64,000 nt of DNA from a virus. The notes under the pieces are model-generated. The model saw nothing but the letters and a program-made list of their open reading frames with translations. It had not been told where the DNA came from and did not search any database. Each line of letters opens with the position of its first letter. The stretch's first letter is position 1. The stretch spans positions 21,149-85,148 of IMG/VR virus record IMGVR_UViG_3300027811_000039; one strand, 5' to 3'. Below are positions 1 to 9,857 of this stretch, one piece after another. A program made the position numbers and the translations under genes.

Positions 1-238
1 CTGATCAAAACCATTTCCTCTGCACTCGCTTTAATAATCATTTTCAATCTCTCCCCTATTCTCCATTTATGAAATCTTCCCAATCCATGATCCATTTACC
101 ATTTACCTTTATGCCCCCGGTTGCCCACGAAAATTCGCACCATCCATGCCCATCTATAAGCACCTCCATAACCGTTTTCCCAAATTCATTTATAAGTCCT
201 TCTCTTCTCCTCCAATCCTGAGCCACATATTTCATAAT

Positions 239-556
239 TTAGGCCATTTCTTTCTGCTTCAATGCTCTTTCACCATCCCAAAAAAATGGTTTATGACACG
301 TTTTACAAAATGCATTATTCTTATGCTTAGGGTTTTTAGATCCCTTCATTTGTAATCCTCTTAGCATTATTAATATTGATGCAGGTACACCAAACAATAA
401 AAAGATAATGCCTAATGGAAAAAATACTAGTAGGAAAAATGCACCAAAGGTTATCATAAACATTAACGCTGCTAATCCAGAAGTGAATGTTGGTGGAATT
501 ACCTTTACATTTTCACTATCACAATGTGGACATTTCATCTTATTTTTCTCCCACAT
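239..556 (-). CDS. Hypothetical membrane protein with Zn-ribbon-like Cys pairs
   Basis: CPHC and CKTC pairs flank two hydrophobic helices. Confidence 0.55.
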   Translation of the reverse strand: MWEKNKMKCPHCDSENVKVIPPTFTSGLAALMFMITFGAFFLLVFFPLGIIFLLFGVPASILIMLRGLQMKGSKNPKHKNNAFCKTCHKPFFWDGERALKQKEMA

Positions 557-773
557 ATAATAAATTTTTTGTGTTCAATATAACATCTGCGATTTCCTTC
601 TGCTTTTCAATATCAAGTGTCAATGTATAATCTCTTAATTCTTCGGACATTGTCTGGATAACTTGTGTTTGATCTAGACTTAGCTTTGGTTTTGAATACT
701 TGAATATGGACATACCTCCTGTGATCCCGATTACTGCAACCATTGTTACGATTAAATATTTGCTTTTATTCAT
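540..773 (-). CDS. Hypothetical protein with N-terminal membrane anchor
   Basis: ORF with hydrophobic N-terminus and an AGGGG-type RBS upstream. Confidence 0.5.
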   Translation of the reverse strand: MNKSKYLIVTMVAVIGITGGMSIFKYSKPKLSLDQTQVIQTMSEELRDYTLTLDIEKQKEIADVILNTKNLLYVGEK

Positions 774-901
774 CCTATTTTTCCCCTCTCATTTCATAAA
801 AATGTAAGTTTCGATACACTCTATACGGCTTCCCTGTTTTACCTCTAAGCAATATCTGGCACGGTATTCTTCTGAATCCATTTTCTGATAATTTTTTCAT
901 C

Positions 902-1303
902 TTATTTTCCCCCTCTAATCACTGTAAACTTCTCGGTAACATTCATCATTATTTCAGACGGATCCACATAACCATTGCCATGCCCTGCCGATCTAGCTTC
1001 CCTGCAATCCTTAACCTTTACTGAATCAAAATACATATCTCTCTCGATTCCAGCAATCCCATGCCATTTTACTGATTCCATTTCTCTTAATGAGAAGTAG
1101 CCCCATTCCTTTTCTAATCCATCTACTAAACCAAAGAACAAGTAGTCACCATTCTCCTGCCGTTCTCCTTCGACTGCAAACCATGTCCAGCTACTACCAA
1201 GGGCATAGAATTTGCAGATAATCTTTTTCTCTTCCAACTCGATTCCCTCTGTGCTATATAATTTAGGCATTTTTTTCTCAATCGCTTTTGTTAATAATTT
1301 CAT
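902..1303 (-). CDS. DUF2958-family protein
   Basis: Motifs K-F...W-T-W-F-A-V-E...FFGLVDGLEKEWGYFSL.E recognised. GAGGT RBS. Confidence 0.75.
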   Translation of the reverse strand: MKLLTKAIEKKMPKLYSTEGIELEEKKIICKFYALGSSWTWFAVEGERQENGDYLFFGLVDGLEKEWGYFSLREMESVKWHGIAGIERDMYFDSVKVKDCREARSAGHGNGYVDPSEIMMNVTEKFTVIRGGK

Positions 1304-1427
1304 TTTGCATTACCTCACCTTTTTTTATTTTCCTCAACCTCATATGCTTATTATACTCGATCTTGTTGACATTGTCCACATATCACCATCATTTTAAGTA
1401 CATCAATTTTTACCATTTTACTTCCTT

Positions 1428-1643
1428 CTAATACACTTTCATGATCCTGTATTTCTTATTGAACTTTGCAAGATTCCAGCCCTCACCCTGTTCATCAATC
1501 TTTAATGTTTGGTTATCCTCATTGAATCCCAATACTTGTTTGAGCCATATCAAATCATGGTGATTATTCTTGGCATCAATTTTAAACTCAATTTTCAACG
1601 TCTTGCGGTTTACTGCTAATTCCATCATTTTATTTTCCTCCAA
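1428..1643 (-). CDS. Hypothetical protein
   Basis: Short ORF co-oriented with the early-region genes. Confidence 0.5.
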   Translation of the reverse strand: MEENKMMELAVNRKTLKIEFKIDAKNNHHDLIWLKQVLGFNEDNQTLKIDEQGEGWNLAKFNKKYRIMKVY

Positions 1644-1774
1644 TTTTTAGCAACTTAGATTATAATTAAACATCCAATATTCAGCCGATCTATATATGGA
1701 TCTATTCCCCTTCACCCTGCTTGGGTGCTTAGTAACCCAAGCAGGGTGTGCAATCCTTTATAATTCATTTTCAT

Positions 1775-1969
1775 TTACATCTCCTCCAATGACCAATTTG
1801 CTTCTAATCCTTCTGGCTCCTTAACCATAACATCGGATCTATTCATTCCATGATATCTAGCAAATCCGAATGATTTTTTCTCAGCATCCTTCAAATCTTT
1901 TGCCTCGAAAGCTAATCTTGGATCATAAACTTCATCAAACATCAGAACGTGTAATATATATTTTTTCAT
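1775..1969 (-). CDS. Hypothetical protein
   Basis: ORF directly downstream of promoter-operator 2022 with a GAAGGGG RBS. Confidence 0.6.
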   Translation of the reverse strand: MKKYILHVLMFDEVYDPRLAFEAKDLKDAEKKSFGFARYHGMNRSDVMVKEPEGLEANWSLEEM

Positions 1970-2036
1970 TTTTAATTTCCCCCTTCAATTCCTGATCTCT
2001 TGCACTATTGTATCATCTAATGTAGACTTTGTCAAC

Positions 2037-2252
2037 TTATGCAGCTTTTTTTATCTTCATTTCCAATTTGATAATCATATCTTTTACATCTTCGTAATCT
2101 CTTTCGCATTGATTCACTCTTTCATCATACAACTCATAATCGTCATTTGCTTCAAGCGATTCCTTATATGCAGCCTTCATCTTACGTTCCAATCTACCAA
2201 GCTCATAATTCAAATCATCCAACCGTACCTTCATTGATTCTATCTTTTTCAT
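2037..2252 (-). CDS. Coiled-coil hypothetical protein
   Basis: Start reassigned to ATG 2252 (GGAGG RBS). The longer ORF-track start runs through the promoter leader. Confidence 0.6.
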   Translation of the reverse strand: MKKIESMKVRLDDLNYELGRLERKMKAAYKESLEANDDYELYDERVNQCERDYEDVKDMIIKLEMKIKKAA

Positions 2253-2286
2253 TTTAATTTCCTCCATTTTGTTTTTATATTTAGTT

Positions 2287-2333
2287 GATAAGCGATCCCA
2301 TGCCCATCGCGTTGTGGAACGTCCATCGCTCTC
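2287..2333 (-). ncRNA. Leader RNA motif, copy 3 (degenerate)
   Basis: GATGGACG-N14-GGGCATGGGATC closed by a GAGCGAT/ATCGCTT stem, just downstream of promoter 2364. Confidence 0.5.
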
Positions 2334-2538
2334 AACTCCATGCACTTATTGTACCATATTTTAGTAGACATTGTCCACACCAATTTATAGAAATTAATCT
2401 TTATCTAAATAATGAATATCTTCCATCAATTCATAGTCATCCTCATAGAATTCCTCAGCCTTGCTATACTCGATGAGGACATATAATTCTTCTATTCCCA
2501 TCTTAATTATTCTCCTTTTATTCTTAATTTATGGATCT

Positions 2539-2585
2539 GGAAGTGATCCCATGCCCCGGCACATTGCGTTGCGTCCATCACTTCC
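2539..2585 (-). ncRNA. Leader RNA motif, copy 1
   Basis: 35-bp core 2545-2579 is identical to 4045-4079 and is closed by a GGAAGTGAT/ATCACTTCC stem. Confidence 0.55.
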
Positions 2586-2658
2586 TCATCTCTATATTGC
2601 ATATAGTATACGTTTTTGTTGACTTTGTCTACAGTAACATATGGTTAATATTCATTAT

Positions 2659-3027
2659 TTAGGACAATGCTCTGAGCCATCTATCTTTCATGTCTTGGGT
2701 ATCTTTACCTATATCAAAAGACATCGTAACTTCAACCATTCCTTGGTTTGTCTCGAAACGCTTAGGTGCAAATGCTAGGCTGCTTCCAGCCTCAATAACT
2801 CCAATTGCTTTCATGGCATCAAGATCCCTCTTGGCCCAATTTCCAGCTTTCATGAATTCATAAACTTTACCATCTTCCGTGCATCCATATATTATTTTAA
2901 ATCCCATACACTTGCCAGTTGCCTTGTTAGCATCCTGCACATTATTTAAAGGCATTTCATAAAACTTATGGGGCATGAATCCCTCTGTCGTTTTAACCAT
3001 CCCAATAAAATTTTCACATTTTTTCAT
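2659..3027 (-). CDS. Hypothetical protein
   Basis: ORF with GGTTGA leader motif upstream. Confidence 0.6.
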   Translation of the reverse strand: MKKCENFIGMVKTTEGFMPHKFYEMPLNNVQDANKATGKCMGFKIIYGCTEDGKVYEFMKAGNWAKRDLDAMKAIGVIEAGSSLAFAPKRFETNQGMVEVTMSFDIGKDTQDMKDRWLRALS

Positions 3028-3112
3028 ATCTCATCAACCTCTTTCATTTTTTATATCCTTCAACCAACCTATGGCTCATTATACCATTTTTTTGTATACT
3101 TTGTCCACATTA

Positions 3113-3391
3113 TCAAACTTCCAATTCTTTCATTTTTTCTTTCAGATTTTCTAACTCCGCTATTTTATTTCTAATTTCCAATTCCATTTTTGATATTTCC
3201 AACGCTCTCGGGTGCATATCTTTTATTAACAACATCCCATGGTTTACATATAAAAGTGCTATATCACGCTTTTCATTGATGCTAGGATAATAATCATATA
3301 CCATTTGGATAATCTCAAATTCCGCATTAGTAAATACCTTATATTCTGGATTCATCTCTGCAACCAAATCTGTAAATTCAATATTAGTCAT
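3113..3391 (-). CDS. Hypothetical protein with C-terminal coiled coil
   Basis: ORF with strong GGAGGAGG RBS. Confidence 0.6.
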   Translation of the reverse strand: MTNIEFTDLVAEMNPEYKVFTNAEFEIIQMVYDYYPSINEKRDIALLYVNHGMLLIKDMHPRALEISKMELEIRNKIAELENLKEKMKELEV

Positions 3392-3406
3392 TTTTATTTC
3401 CTCCTC

Positions 3407-3664
3407 CTATAATCCATTTATAGCTAATATCATACCTTCATAATCCGGGCCATCCTGAGCTGATCCATATGATTTTTTCTGGTAGAAATTATCTTTAAGC
3501 CAACAAACCTTTTTTTGCACATCCCAGCTAATATCTGAATTTTCAACCATGATAGCAAATGCTTTATCAAAAGAATTCTTAGCAGCAACCTTATTCTCAT
3601 TTCTCATATGTCTACCAGAATTATTCAAGGCTCTCATAATTAATATCTCATTTTTATTCATCAT
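3407..3664 (-). CDS. Hypothetical protein
   Basis: ORF downstream of promoter-operator 3716. Confidence 0.6.
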   Translation of the reverse strand: MMNKNEILIMRALNNSGRHMRNENKVAAKNSFDKAFAIMVENSDISWDVQKKVCWLKDNFYQKKSYGSAQDGPDYEGMILAINGL

Positions 3665-3743
3665 CTTTTCCCCCTTATTCTTTTCCTCAACCTGTGCCTA
3701 TTGTACCATCAAACAGTAGACAATGTCTACTGTTTGATATAGA

Positions 3744-4010
3744 CTAAATTATTCCATATATTTTAGATTTGAAAACAAAGTAATCATCTTCAAATTCAAC
3801 CCAATCAAGTTCACCATTAAACTGTAAGCATTGATATCGGAAGAAAGCTATTATTGCACCAAGTGTCCATTCAGTTTCCTTTACCCATTGCATGAATGAC
3901 ATATCATCGGGCCTCATGCAACAAAGAGCTGTCATTTCATTTTCATGTTCCTTATTGTATGGAGTATTTTTCACCAGATCTATAAATTGTTGCTTTTTGC
4001 TTATCTTCAT
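3744..4010 (-). CDS. Hypothetical protein
   Basis: ORF with AAGGAG RBS, downstream of promoter 4115 and a leader RNA motif. Confidence 0.6.
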   Translation of the reverse strand: MKISKKQQFIDLVKNTPYNKEHENEMTALCCMRPDDMSFMQWVKETEWTLGAIIAFFRYQCLQFNGELDWVEFEDDYFVFKSKIYGII

Positions 4011-4039
4011 TTTGTTTTTCCTCCTTATTTATCAGAGAA

Positions 4040-4084
4040 ATCAAGATCCCATGCCCCGGCACATTGCGTTGCGTCCATCTCGAT
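4040..4084 (-). ncRNA. Leader RNA motif, copy 2
   Basis: Same 35-bp core as 2545-2579, closed by a different stem (ATCGAGAT/ATCTTGAT). Confidence 0.55.
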
Positions 4085-4321
4085 CTCCCTTATGGCTTTA
4101 TTATATCGTAACAAGTAGACATTGTCCACTATATATATTTACCAATTATTAGGCTTTTATCAACTCAAATCTTTCAATAGTTTTACAGGTAAGCTGCCGA
4201 ACAGCCCGCTCTTCTTCAGTTTCCAGCTTCCCCTTATATTCCATGCTGCCCTCATATTTATATGTCAAGATAGATCCATTTTTAAAATATGCAATCGCTT
4301 TAATCATCTTCATTTCCTCCT

Positions 4322-4528
4322 TTATTTAGAATTTAGAATTTCCAGATCCATATCCAATAACCATTGGGCCAAGATTTTAACATCATCCAATTCCTCAATT
4401 TTCAGCTTCCTTGTTTGTCCTATTTCAACGATCTGTTTCAGCCTATCGCCAATCTCATTAATCGTTTTCCCCATATTTTCTCTTTCAGTTTTCATCTTGC
4501 ATCTCTCCTTTAATTTTCTCTCGCTCAC
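4322..4528 (-). CDS. Hypothetical protein (true start probably internal)
   Basis: ORF downstream of promoter-operator 4550. Confidence 0.45.
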   Translation of the reverse strand: MSERKLKERCKMKTERENMGKTINEIGDRLKQIVEIGQTRKLKIEELDDVKILAQWLLDMDLEILNSK

Positions 4529-4592
4529 AATTTAATAATACCATATGTAGTGGACAATGTCCACAGTTGGCCAAGGGTAATGGATATTTATT

Positions 4593-4796
4593 TCAAATGT
4601 TTTCACCAAATGGATTATGGATCAACTTATATATATCAATCCAATTCTTGCAAGCAGAAACATCTAACTCAGCAATCTTGAGCACCATCATTTGATAATA
4701 TCCATCTATCTGCTCATAAGTGCTTAAACGTGTCAATGCTGCCCACGTTCCATAGGATACGCATCTTAATTCGTTCTTTGCTTCATCTTTTGTCAT
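4593..4796 (-). CDS. Hypothetical protein
   Basis: ORF in a tight operon with 4803-5607. Confidence 0.55.
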   Translation of the reverse strand: MTKDEAKNELRCVSYGTWAALTRLSTYEQIDGYYQMMVLKIAELDVSACKNWIDIYKLIHNPFGENI

Positions 4797-4802
4797 TTCA
4801 TT

Positions 4803-5201
4803 TCACCATTTCACTTCAATTAATTCAATGAGCATCCCATCATTCTGAGCTTTCTCAATCCATCCATCCGTGCTATCCCATGTATATGAATTCATGAATT
4901 CTTCTAAGGTCTGGTCACAATCGGATATGTTCATTAATTTTATCGCATACTCTTTTGGGATCGTGAATTCCCTACAGTAATACGCATATTCCTCACCATC
5001 ATTCCTGAATGGGTCATGAGCTGGGTATGCTGTGAGTGTTACCTTTTCCCCAACATATGATGGATTGGATGGTATTATCTGTTCCCTCGGAACTGGTTCA
5101 TCATCCATTTTATTTTCCTCTATCTTCAATCCACAGATCCTGCAATAATTCGCATTACTGCTATGTTCTTCGTTTTCACATCTAGGACATAAATAAATCA
5201 A
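4803..5201 (-). CDS. Zn-ribbon hypothetical protein
   Basis: N-terminal CPRC-x10-CRIC. Confidence 0.6.
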   Translation of the reverse strand: MIYLCPRCENEEHSSNANYCRICGLKIEENKMDDEPVPREQIIPSNPSYVGEKVTLTAYPAHDPFRNDGEEYAYYCREFTIPKEYAIKLMNISDCDQTLEEFMNSYTWDSTDGWIEKAQNDGMLIELIEVKW

Positions 5202-5607
5202 AGCAATTTCCCCCTCTTATATTCTCCCAAGGCCCCTTGTGCTTATGCTTCCATGATAGATCCCTGACCTGTTCACTACTATATTCAAAGTGCTTAATCA
5301 ATCCTCTTGCAGCATAGTATTTTTCCTTATCATAAAATCGCTGGTAGACTCCTTCAAATACAATGTTTTCCCCGATCTCAATCCAACCATGATCTATAGG
5401 AATCCCTCCAAGCACCATGCAGGTTCCATGAATAAGTTTGATTTTCGATTGGCTTAATGAATGTATAATATAATCCCAACTTTTATTAAAACACGCTTTA
5501 GGGTAAACTCTATTGGTAACATTGATTTTATATACAGGATCTACGGCTACCTGCAGATCCCTATATTCTTCTCTTGTTCTCTTTACTGCTTGGTACATAG
5601 TAGGCAT
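5182..5607 (-). CDS. Putative papain/transglutaminase-like fold protein
   Basis: ACFNKS...LIHG...DHGWIE gives a possible Cys-His-acid triad. Start reassigned to ATG 5607 after a GGGG RBS. Confidence 0.45.
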   Translation of the reverse strand: MPTMYQAVKRTREEYRDLQVAVDPVYKINVTNRVYPKACFNKSWDYIIHSLSQSKIKLIHGTCMVLGGIPIDHGWIEIGENIVFEGVYQRFYDKEKYYAARGLIKHFEYSSEQVRDLSWKHKHKGPWENIRGGNCFDLFMS

Positions 5608-5620
5608 TCCACTGTTCCCC

Positions 5621-5770
5621 CTATTCGCTGATTGCATCAATTCGGATGAAGTTATCTTTATCTTGAAGCTTAACAATGAATTTGTCCATAGCTAATCTGG
5701 TTTTGAATTCCTTCATTTTTCCAACCATTTGATCTTTTTTATTAACCTCAACCCATTTTACAGCTACCAT
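5621..5770 (-). CDS. 49-aa hypothetical protein (below the ORF-track cutoff)
   Basis: MVAVKWVEVNKKDQ...IDAISE read by hand, downstream of promoter 5833. Confidence 0.45.
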   Translation of the reverse strand: MVAVKWVEVNKKDQMVGKMKEFKTRLAMDKFIVKLQDKDNFIRIDAISE

Positions 5771-5853
5771 TTTATTTTCCTTCTTTCATTTTTTATTTCC
5801 TCAACCTCTTGGCATCATTATACCATTTTCTTGTATACTTTGTCCACACGTTT

Positions 5854-6081
5854 TTAATATCCTTCTGGCACTTCCTTAACATCCCAATCCCACGGAGCCA
5901 TATTGGTATATTTGCATATATAATCAAAAACATTGGATTCTTTAACCTTCGCAGGGTTTACCTTATATCCATTCCCTCTCAAATCTTTTATGAATCTAGC
6001 CTTTGTTTCGTACTCTTTATTCTCAATAAAAGATATCCCATTGCCATAACTCGATTTCACCAAAGCACTATATGTTTTCAT
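5854..6081 (-). CDS. Hypothetical protein
   Basis: ORF downstream of promoter-operator 6144 with an AAGGA RBS. Confidence 0.6.
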   Translation of the reverse strand: MKTYSALVKSSYGNGISFIENKEYETKARFIKDLRGNGYKVNPAKVKESNVFDYICKYTNMAPWDWDVKEVPEGY

Positions 6082-6174
6082 TTTTAGTTCCTTCTTTCTT
6101 TTTTAAAATCTCTCTCAACCGCATCTTCATAGTACCATCACATAGCGACATTGTCCACACCAAATTATAGAAGA

Positions 6175-6195
6175 AGGCCCGATTATCACGGGCCT
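6175..6195 (-). terminator. Hairpin terminator after the DUF932 gene
   Basis: AGGCCCG-N7-CGGGCCT followed by a pyrimidine-rich tract on the minus strand. Confidence 0.6.
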
Positions 6196-6200
6196 ATTTT

Positions 6201-7217
6201 CTATGCTGCAACAAGTTCGGTATAGATGAATGATTCCAACGCTATTCTTGTATCTTCATTCGTTAATACTTGTGCTGCTCTGGTAAAGCTATTAACAAGA
6301 TCATACACTGTAGCTTGCTTAGAATCTATTCTCTCTACTTGGAAGCACTCCTGTACTGTCACATTGAATTCCTTCGGCAGTGTGATCCCTTTTGTTCTTT
6401 TGAGTAGATCATTGATTGCTTTCATCGGATCAGTAATCTTCATATTTTTTGTTTGAGCGAATTGGGCCATCTGTTTTTCTCCTTGGCTTAAAACCTTTTC
6501 AAATGCCTGAGCAACCTTTAGCGGCATATCTTCTTTCTTAACTCCCATGTGTCTCTGCATGAATCTTTCGGTCTTTGCTTCCACGACTTGAAGGCCATTA
6601 GAACAAATCGTCCGGTATATAAATCCCCCAATTGATACGCTTCGTTTTCCAACCTCGCTATTTCTGATCTGCATACCAAACATTAATTCATCCGGTTGTC
6701 CATCCTTTAATGTCCCAGCGTTATAAGATATCTCAGGGAAAGTTATTCTCATATTGAATCCGTCAAATAACTCATCTGTATTGAATCTCTTGATCTCATG
6801 TTTCTGATCTCCCACAACATCGGCTACCATTTTCAAAACATCAGTATTATCAAAGATTGAATATTTATCAGTGAGTACAGATCTAACATATTTTTTACCA
6901 TCTTGCTCAACCGTTCTCAGCATCCAATTTTTTTCTTCATACTTGGCATTATTTATCCAATAATCCACATTCTGTTTCTGTAGATCCAAAGGGCATCTTT
7001 CCATGTAAGTTGTTGGGATAGCCAATTTGTGGAACAATTGATTTTTTCCCCAATCGGTAAAGCCATAAAATTCATTCCCTGTGATAAGTTCCCCATTCAC
7101 GCTATATCCTAACAATTTAGGGCTAACGAATACATCCTCGGTTCTAGTATCCTTCTCCTTGGACATTTCTAATAATTCATTAATTGTTTTAGTTGCCATT
7201 TTCTTTTCCCCCATCAA
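6201..7217 (-). CDS. DUF932-family protein
   Basis: R.VLTDKYSIFDN...FG+QIRNSEVG..SV.IGGFIYRTICSNGL and C-terminal T.YDL.N.FT pattern. Confidence 0.75.
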   Translation of the reverse strand: MMGEKKMATKTINELLEMSKEKDTRTEDVFVSPKLLGYSVNGELITGNEFYGFTDWGKNQLFHKLAIPTTYMERCPLDLQKQNVDYWINNAKYEEKNWMLRTVEQDGKKYVRSVLTDKYSIFDNTDVLKMVADVVGDQKHEIKRFNTDELFDGFNMRITFPEISYNAGTLKDGQPDELMFGMQIRNSEVGKRSVSIGGFIYRTICSNGLQVVEAKTERFMQRHMGVKKEDMPLKVAQAFEKVLSQGEKQMAQFAQTKNMKITDPMKAINDLLKRTKGITLPKEFNVTVQECFQVERIDSKQATVYDLVNSFTRAAQVLTNEDTRIALESFIYTELVAA

Positions 7218-7477
7218 TTTTTATTTTTTTCCTTCAACCTCTTGGCATCATTGTACTATACATCTGTAGACTTTGTCAACAGTAAACGACATTTATATTT
7301 AATATTTTTTCAAAGCGAATTTTTTACCATTCAATCCTGCGAATCTAATATCAATGAATATGATTTCTATAATTTTTCTCTTCTTCATTTTCTTTTCCCC
7401 CCAAATTTTTTATTTCCCTCAACCTCTTGGCTTTATTGTATATGTTTCTGTTTACATTGTCTACATGAAAATATATC

Positions 7478-7720
7478 CTATTCCCCATCTTTGAACTTTG
7501 TCAAAATCAATTCATCATTCCACATCTCATATGTTACTGAGCCGATACCATCTAGCTCTAAATTACCATTCTCATTAACGTATATATTTATCTCTCTCTG
7601 TAATCCTTCACCATTTATTTTGATCTTGGCCTTTCCTACTAATCTTTTCATGTCTTTCTCCTCCAAATTTACTTTTATATTTAAACTAGGAAGGTTGGGG
7701 CTTACCCAACCTTTTTCCAC
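7478..7720 (-). CDS. Hypothetical protein
   Basis: ORF overlapping the end of the preceding gene. Confidence 0.5.
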   Translation of the reverse strand: MEKGWVSPNLPSLNIKVNLEEKDMKRLVGKAKIKINGEGLQREINIYVNENGNLELDGIGSVTYEMWNDELILTKFKDGE

Positions 7721-8163
7721 ATTAGGTATTCAACGATGCAGGTTATGGTTCTGAATGATACGTTATATTCTTTAGCCAAGTGTGATTTACGCATTCCAGC
7801 TTTAAACTTTCCACGGATTTCTATGACTTGCTCTGGGCTTAATTTTGGTTTAAATTTATCGGTTCTCTCAACCTTTTGAACATTTTCAATCTTCTTAGCT
7901 TTCTTCGCCTTTTTTATCTTCTCTGGCATCATGATAAATTCGATCATCTTATTTAGTTCTTCATCTAATATTTTGCTTTCAATTTCAGATTCTTCGGTAA
8001 TCTTTTCACCAAGCTCATACCATCTTTTAATAGTTGATTCTGTGATTTGTTTTTCTTTTCCCGATTCAACCTCAGTAGCAATGATCTCGCCATTCACCTT
8101 ATGTTCTACTATGAATTCTTTACCATTTCTTTTATTAATTGCATTATATTTCATTTTCATCAA
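7702..8163 (-). CDS. Protein with C-terminal helix-turn-helix
   Basis: KLSPEQVIEIR...KSHLAKEYNVSFRTITCI. Confidence 0.6.
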   Translation of the reverse strand: MMKMKYNAINKRNGKEFIVEHKVNGEIIATEVESGKEKQITESTIKRWYELGEKITEESEIESKILDEELNKMIEFIMMPEKIKKAKKAKKIENVQKVERTDKFKPKLSPEQVIEIRGKFKAGMRKSHLAKEYNVSFRTITCIVEYLMWKKVG

Positions 8164-8467
8164 TCTCCTTTTATATTTAATTTGCTCAACCTCTTATTTA
8201 CATAGTACCATTTGCAGACATTGTCTACAACGCCCAATTATTTCCATTTTATTATTCAATAACCTCATAAAATGAAATGAAGGACATTTTGCTAAGCGTC
8301 ATTTTCCTACCAGTTTCCTTATTTATCAAGGTATAGATCCATCCAGTTTCAGGTGTCCAACCTTCACGGTAAAAATATTCAACCATATTAGATTTATCAA
8401 TGCACGATTTTTCCATTTCTATTTCCTCCAATTTTACTTTTATATTCAGAATGGGGAAGGAGATTTT

Positions 8468-8773
8468 TTACATCTCCTGCAACCATCTCGCATTATCAAA
8501 ATCTAGCAGCCCACCAGCATCTAGTATTTCTTGGAGTGCCTTTTTCCCTCCCATTGGGGTATACGGTGCATCAATCATTGGTCTGCCCATTGCTCTTTTT
8601 AGGAAATTGATTGGGGCCAGATCTGCAGCGAAAGCGAAATATCCCAGCCCTTCCACATGGAAAGCATATCCTTTATTCATTTCAATATAACCTCTAGCTG
8701 TTCCGAATTTTTTACCCTCAATCTTTACTATTTTCAACTTGGCGTTAATTTCTAATGTTGTCATTTCAACCAC
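8468..8773 (-). CDS. Hypothetical protein
   Basis: ORF downstream of promoter-operator 8821. Confidence 0.55.
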   Translation of the reverse strand: MVEMTTLEINAKLKIVKIEGKKFGTARGYIEMNKGYAFHVEGLGYFAFAADLAPINFLKRAMGRPMIDAPYTPMGGKKALQEILDAGGLLDFDNARWLQEM

Positions 8774-8877
8774 TCCTTTTTTTATCTCTCAACCTTATGT
8801 GTTTATAGTACCATTTTTATGTAGACTTTGTCAACAATTAATTTATCAGGAAGGGGAGTTTCCTCCCCATGTTTTAT

Positions 8878-9072
8878 CTAATTTGCATACTTGTGAATCA
8901 CACTCAATAACTCACAATATTCCCCGCCATGAAGTTTATATAATCTGCTTTTATATACGGCCTCCCAGTTACCAGTATCCTTAGCATCCTGAATTCTTTT
9001 AACATCTGCTTGTGTCGTATAACTTTTATCATAAGATCTTCTTTTTTTAATCTCATCCAATATTATTTTCAT
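8878..9072 (-). CDS. Hypothetical protein
   Basis: ORF downstream of promoter-operator 9131. Confidence 0.55.
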   Translation of the reverse strand: MKIILDEIKKRRSYDKSYTTQADVKRIQDAKDTGNWEAVYKSRLYKLHGGEYCELLSVIHKYAN

Positions 9073-9284
9073 TTCATTTTCCTCATTTCATTTTTTAAAT
9101 TCTCCCGGCTCATTTATAATACCACACCATGTAGACATTGTCCACATTTTATTCAAACTCAATCCTTAAATTTGTATATCCAAGGTGCATATAAACTGAT
9201 CGCTTATGATTTACCTTGCTCCTAGTACAATACATACATTTTCCATCTTTTCCGTCCAAATCTGTAAAATATAAAATAAACATT

Positions 9285-9512
9285 TCAGTTCCCCTTCGCT
9301 CTTAATATAGGTGCCATAGATCCTTTGCCCATTGGGTAGATGCACTCCATGTTGTCCCAGTTAGTAATCCTACGACTCGATGTAGAATCCTGCCCAATTC
9401 TTTTTATCGTAATGGATTTATCAGTTCTCCTAACAACCTCATAAACCCAAATGCATTCATAATCGCAAACTGATCTGCATGAATATTCTTGCCCAACTTC
9501 AAATCTTTGCAT
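9285..9512 (-). CDS. Hypothetical protein
   Basis: ORF coupled to 9499-9747. Confidence 0.6.
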   Translation of the reverse strand: MQRFEVGQEYSCRSVCDYECIWVYEVVRRTDKSITIKRIGQDSTSSRRITNWDNMECIYPMGKGSMAPILRAKGN

Positions 9513-9747
9513 TTTTCATTACCTCCATATATTCTTGATAATCATTATTTTGTAAATCCTCAATGGTTTGATATTCCTCTTGCCCTTCTTTCAACATAAT
9601 GCTAATGGTATCAATATTATTCATCTTAACTATTCTCTCATACGCTGCCAACCAACTATATTCATTAGCTATCAATGTAAAATTATATCCTCTTTCTTCC
9701 AACCACGCTTTGTATTCTTGTTCTTCTTCATAATTCATCCTCAACAT
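9499..9747 (-). CDS. Hypothetical protein
   Basis: ORF downstream of promoter-operator 9793 with an AAGGAG RBS. Confidence 0.55.
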   Translation of the reverse strand: MLRMNYEEEQEYKAWLEERGYNFTLIANEYSWLAAYERIVKMNNIDTISIMLKEGQEEYQTIEDLQNNDYQEYMEVMKNAKI

Positions 9748-9816
9748 CTCCTTTTATTTTTCTCAACCCCTATGCTCTATTATAACGTATTTGCAGACAT
9801 TGTCCACATAAATATT

Positions 9817-9855
9817 AATAAATGGATCCCAGTTTTGGGCTGGGATCCATTTATT
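9817..9855. terminator. Bidirectional intrinsic terminator
   Basis: Perfect 16-bp inverted repeat AATAAATGGATCCCAG / CTGGGATCCATTTATT with a 7-nt loop. Confidence 0.8.
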
Positions 9856-9857
9856 TA

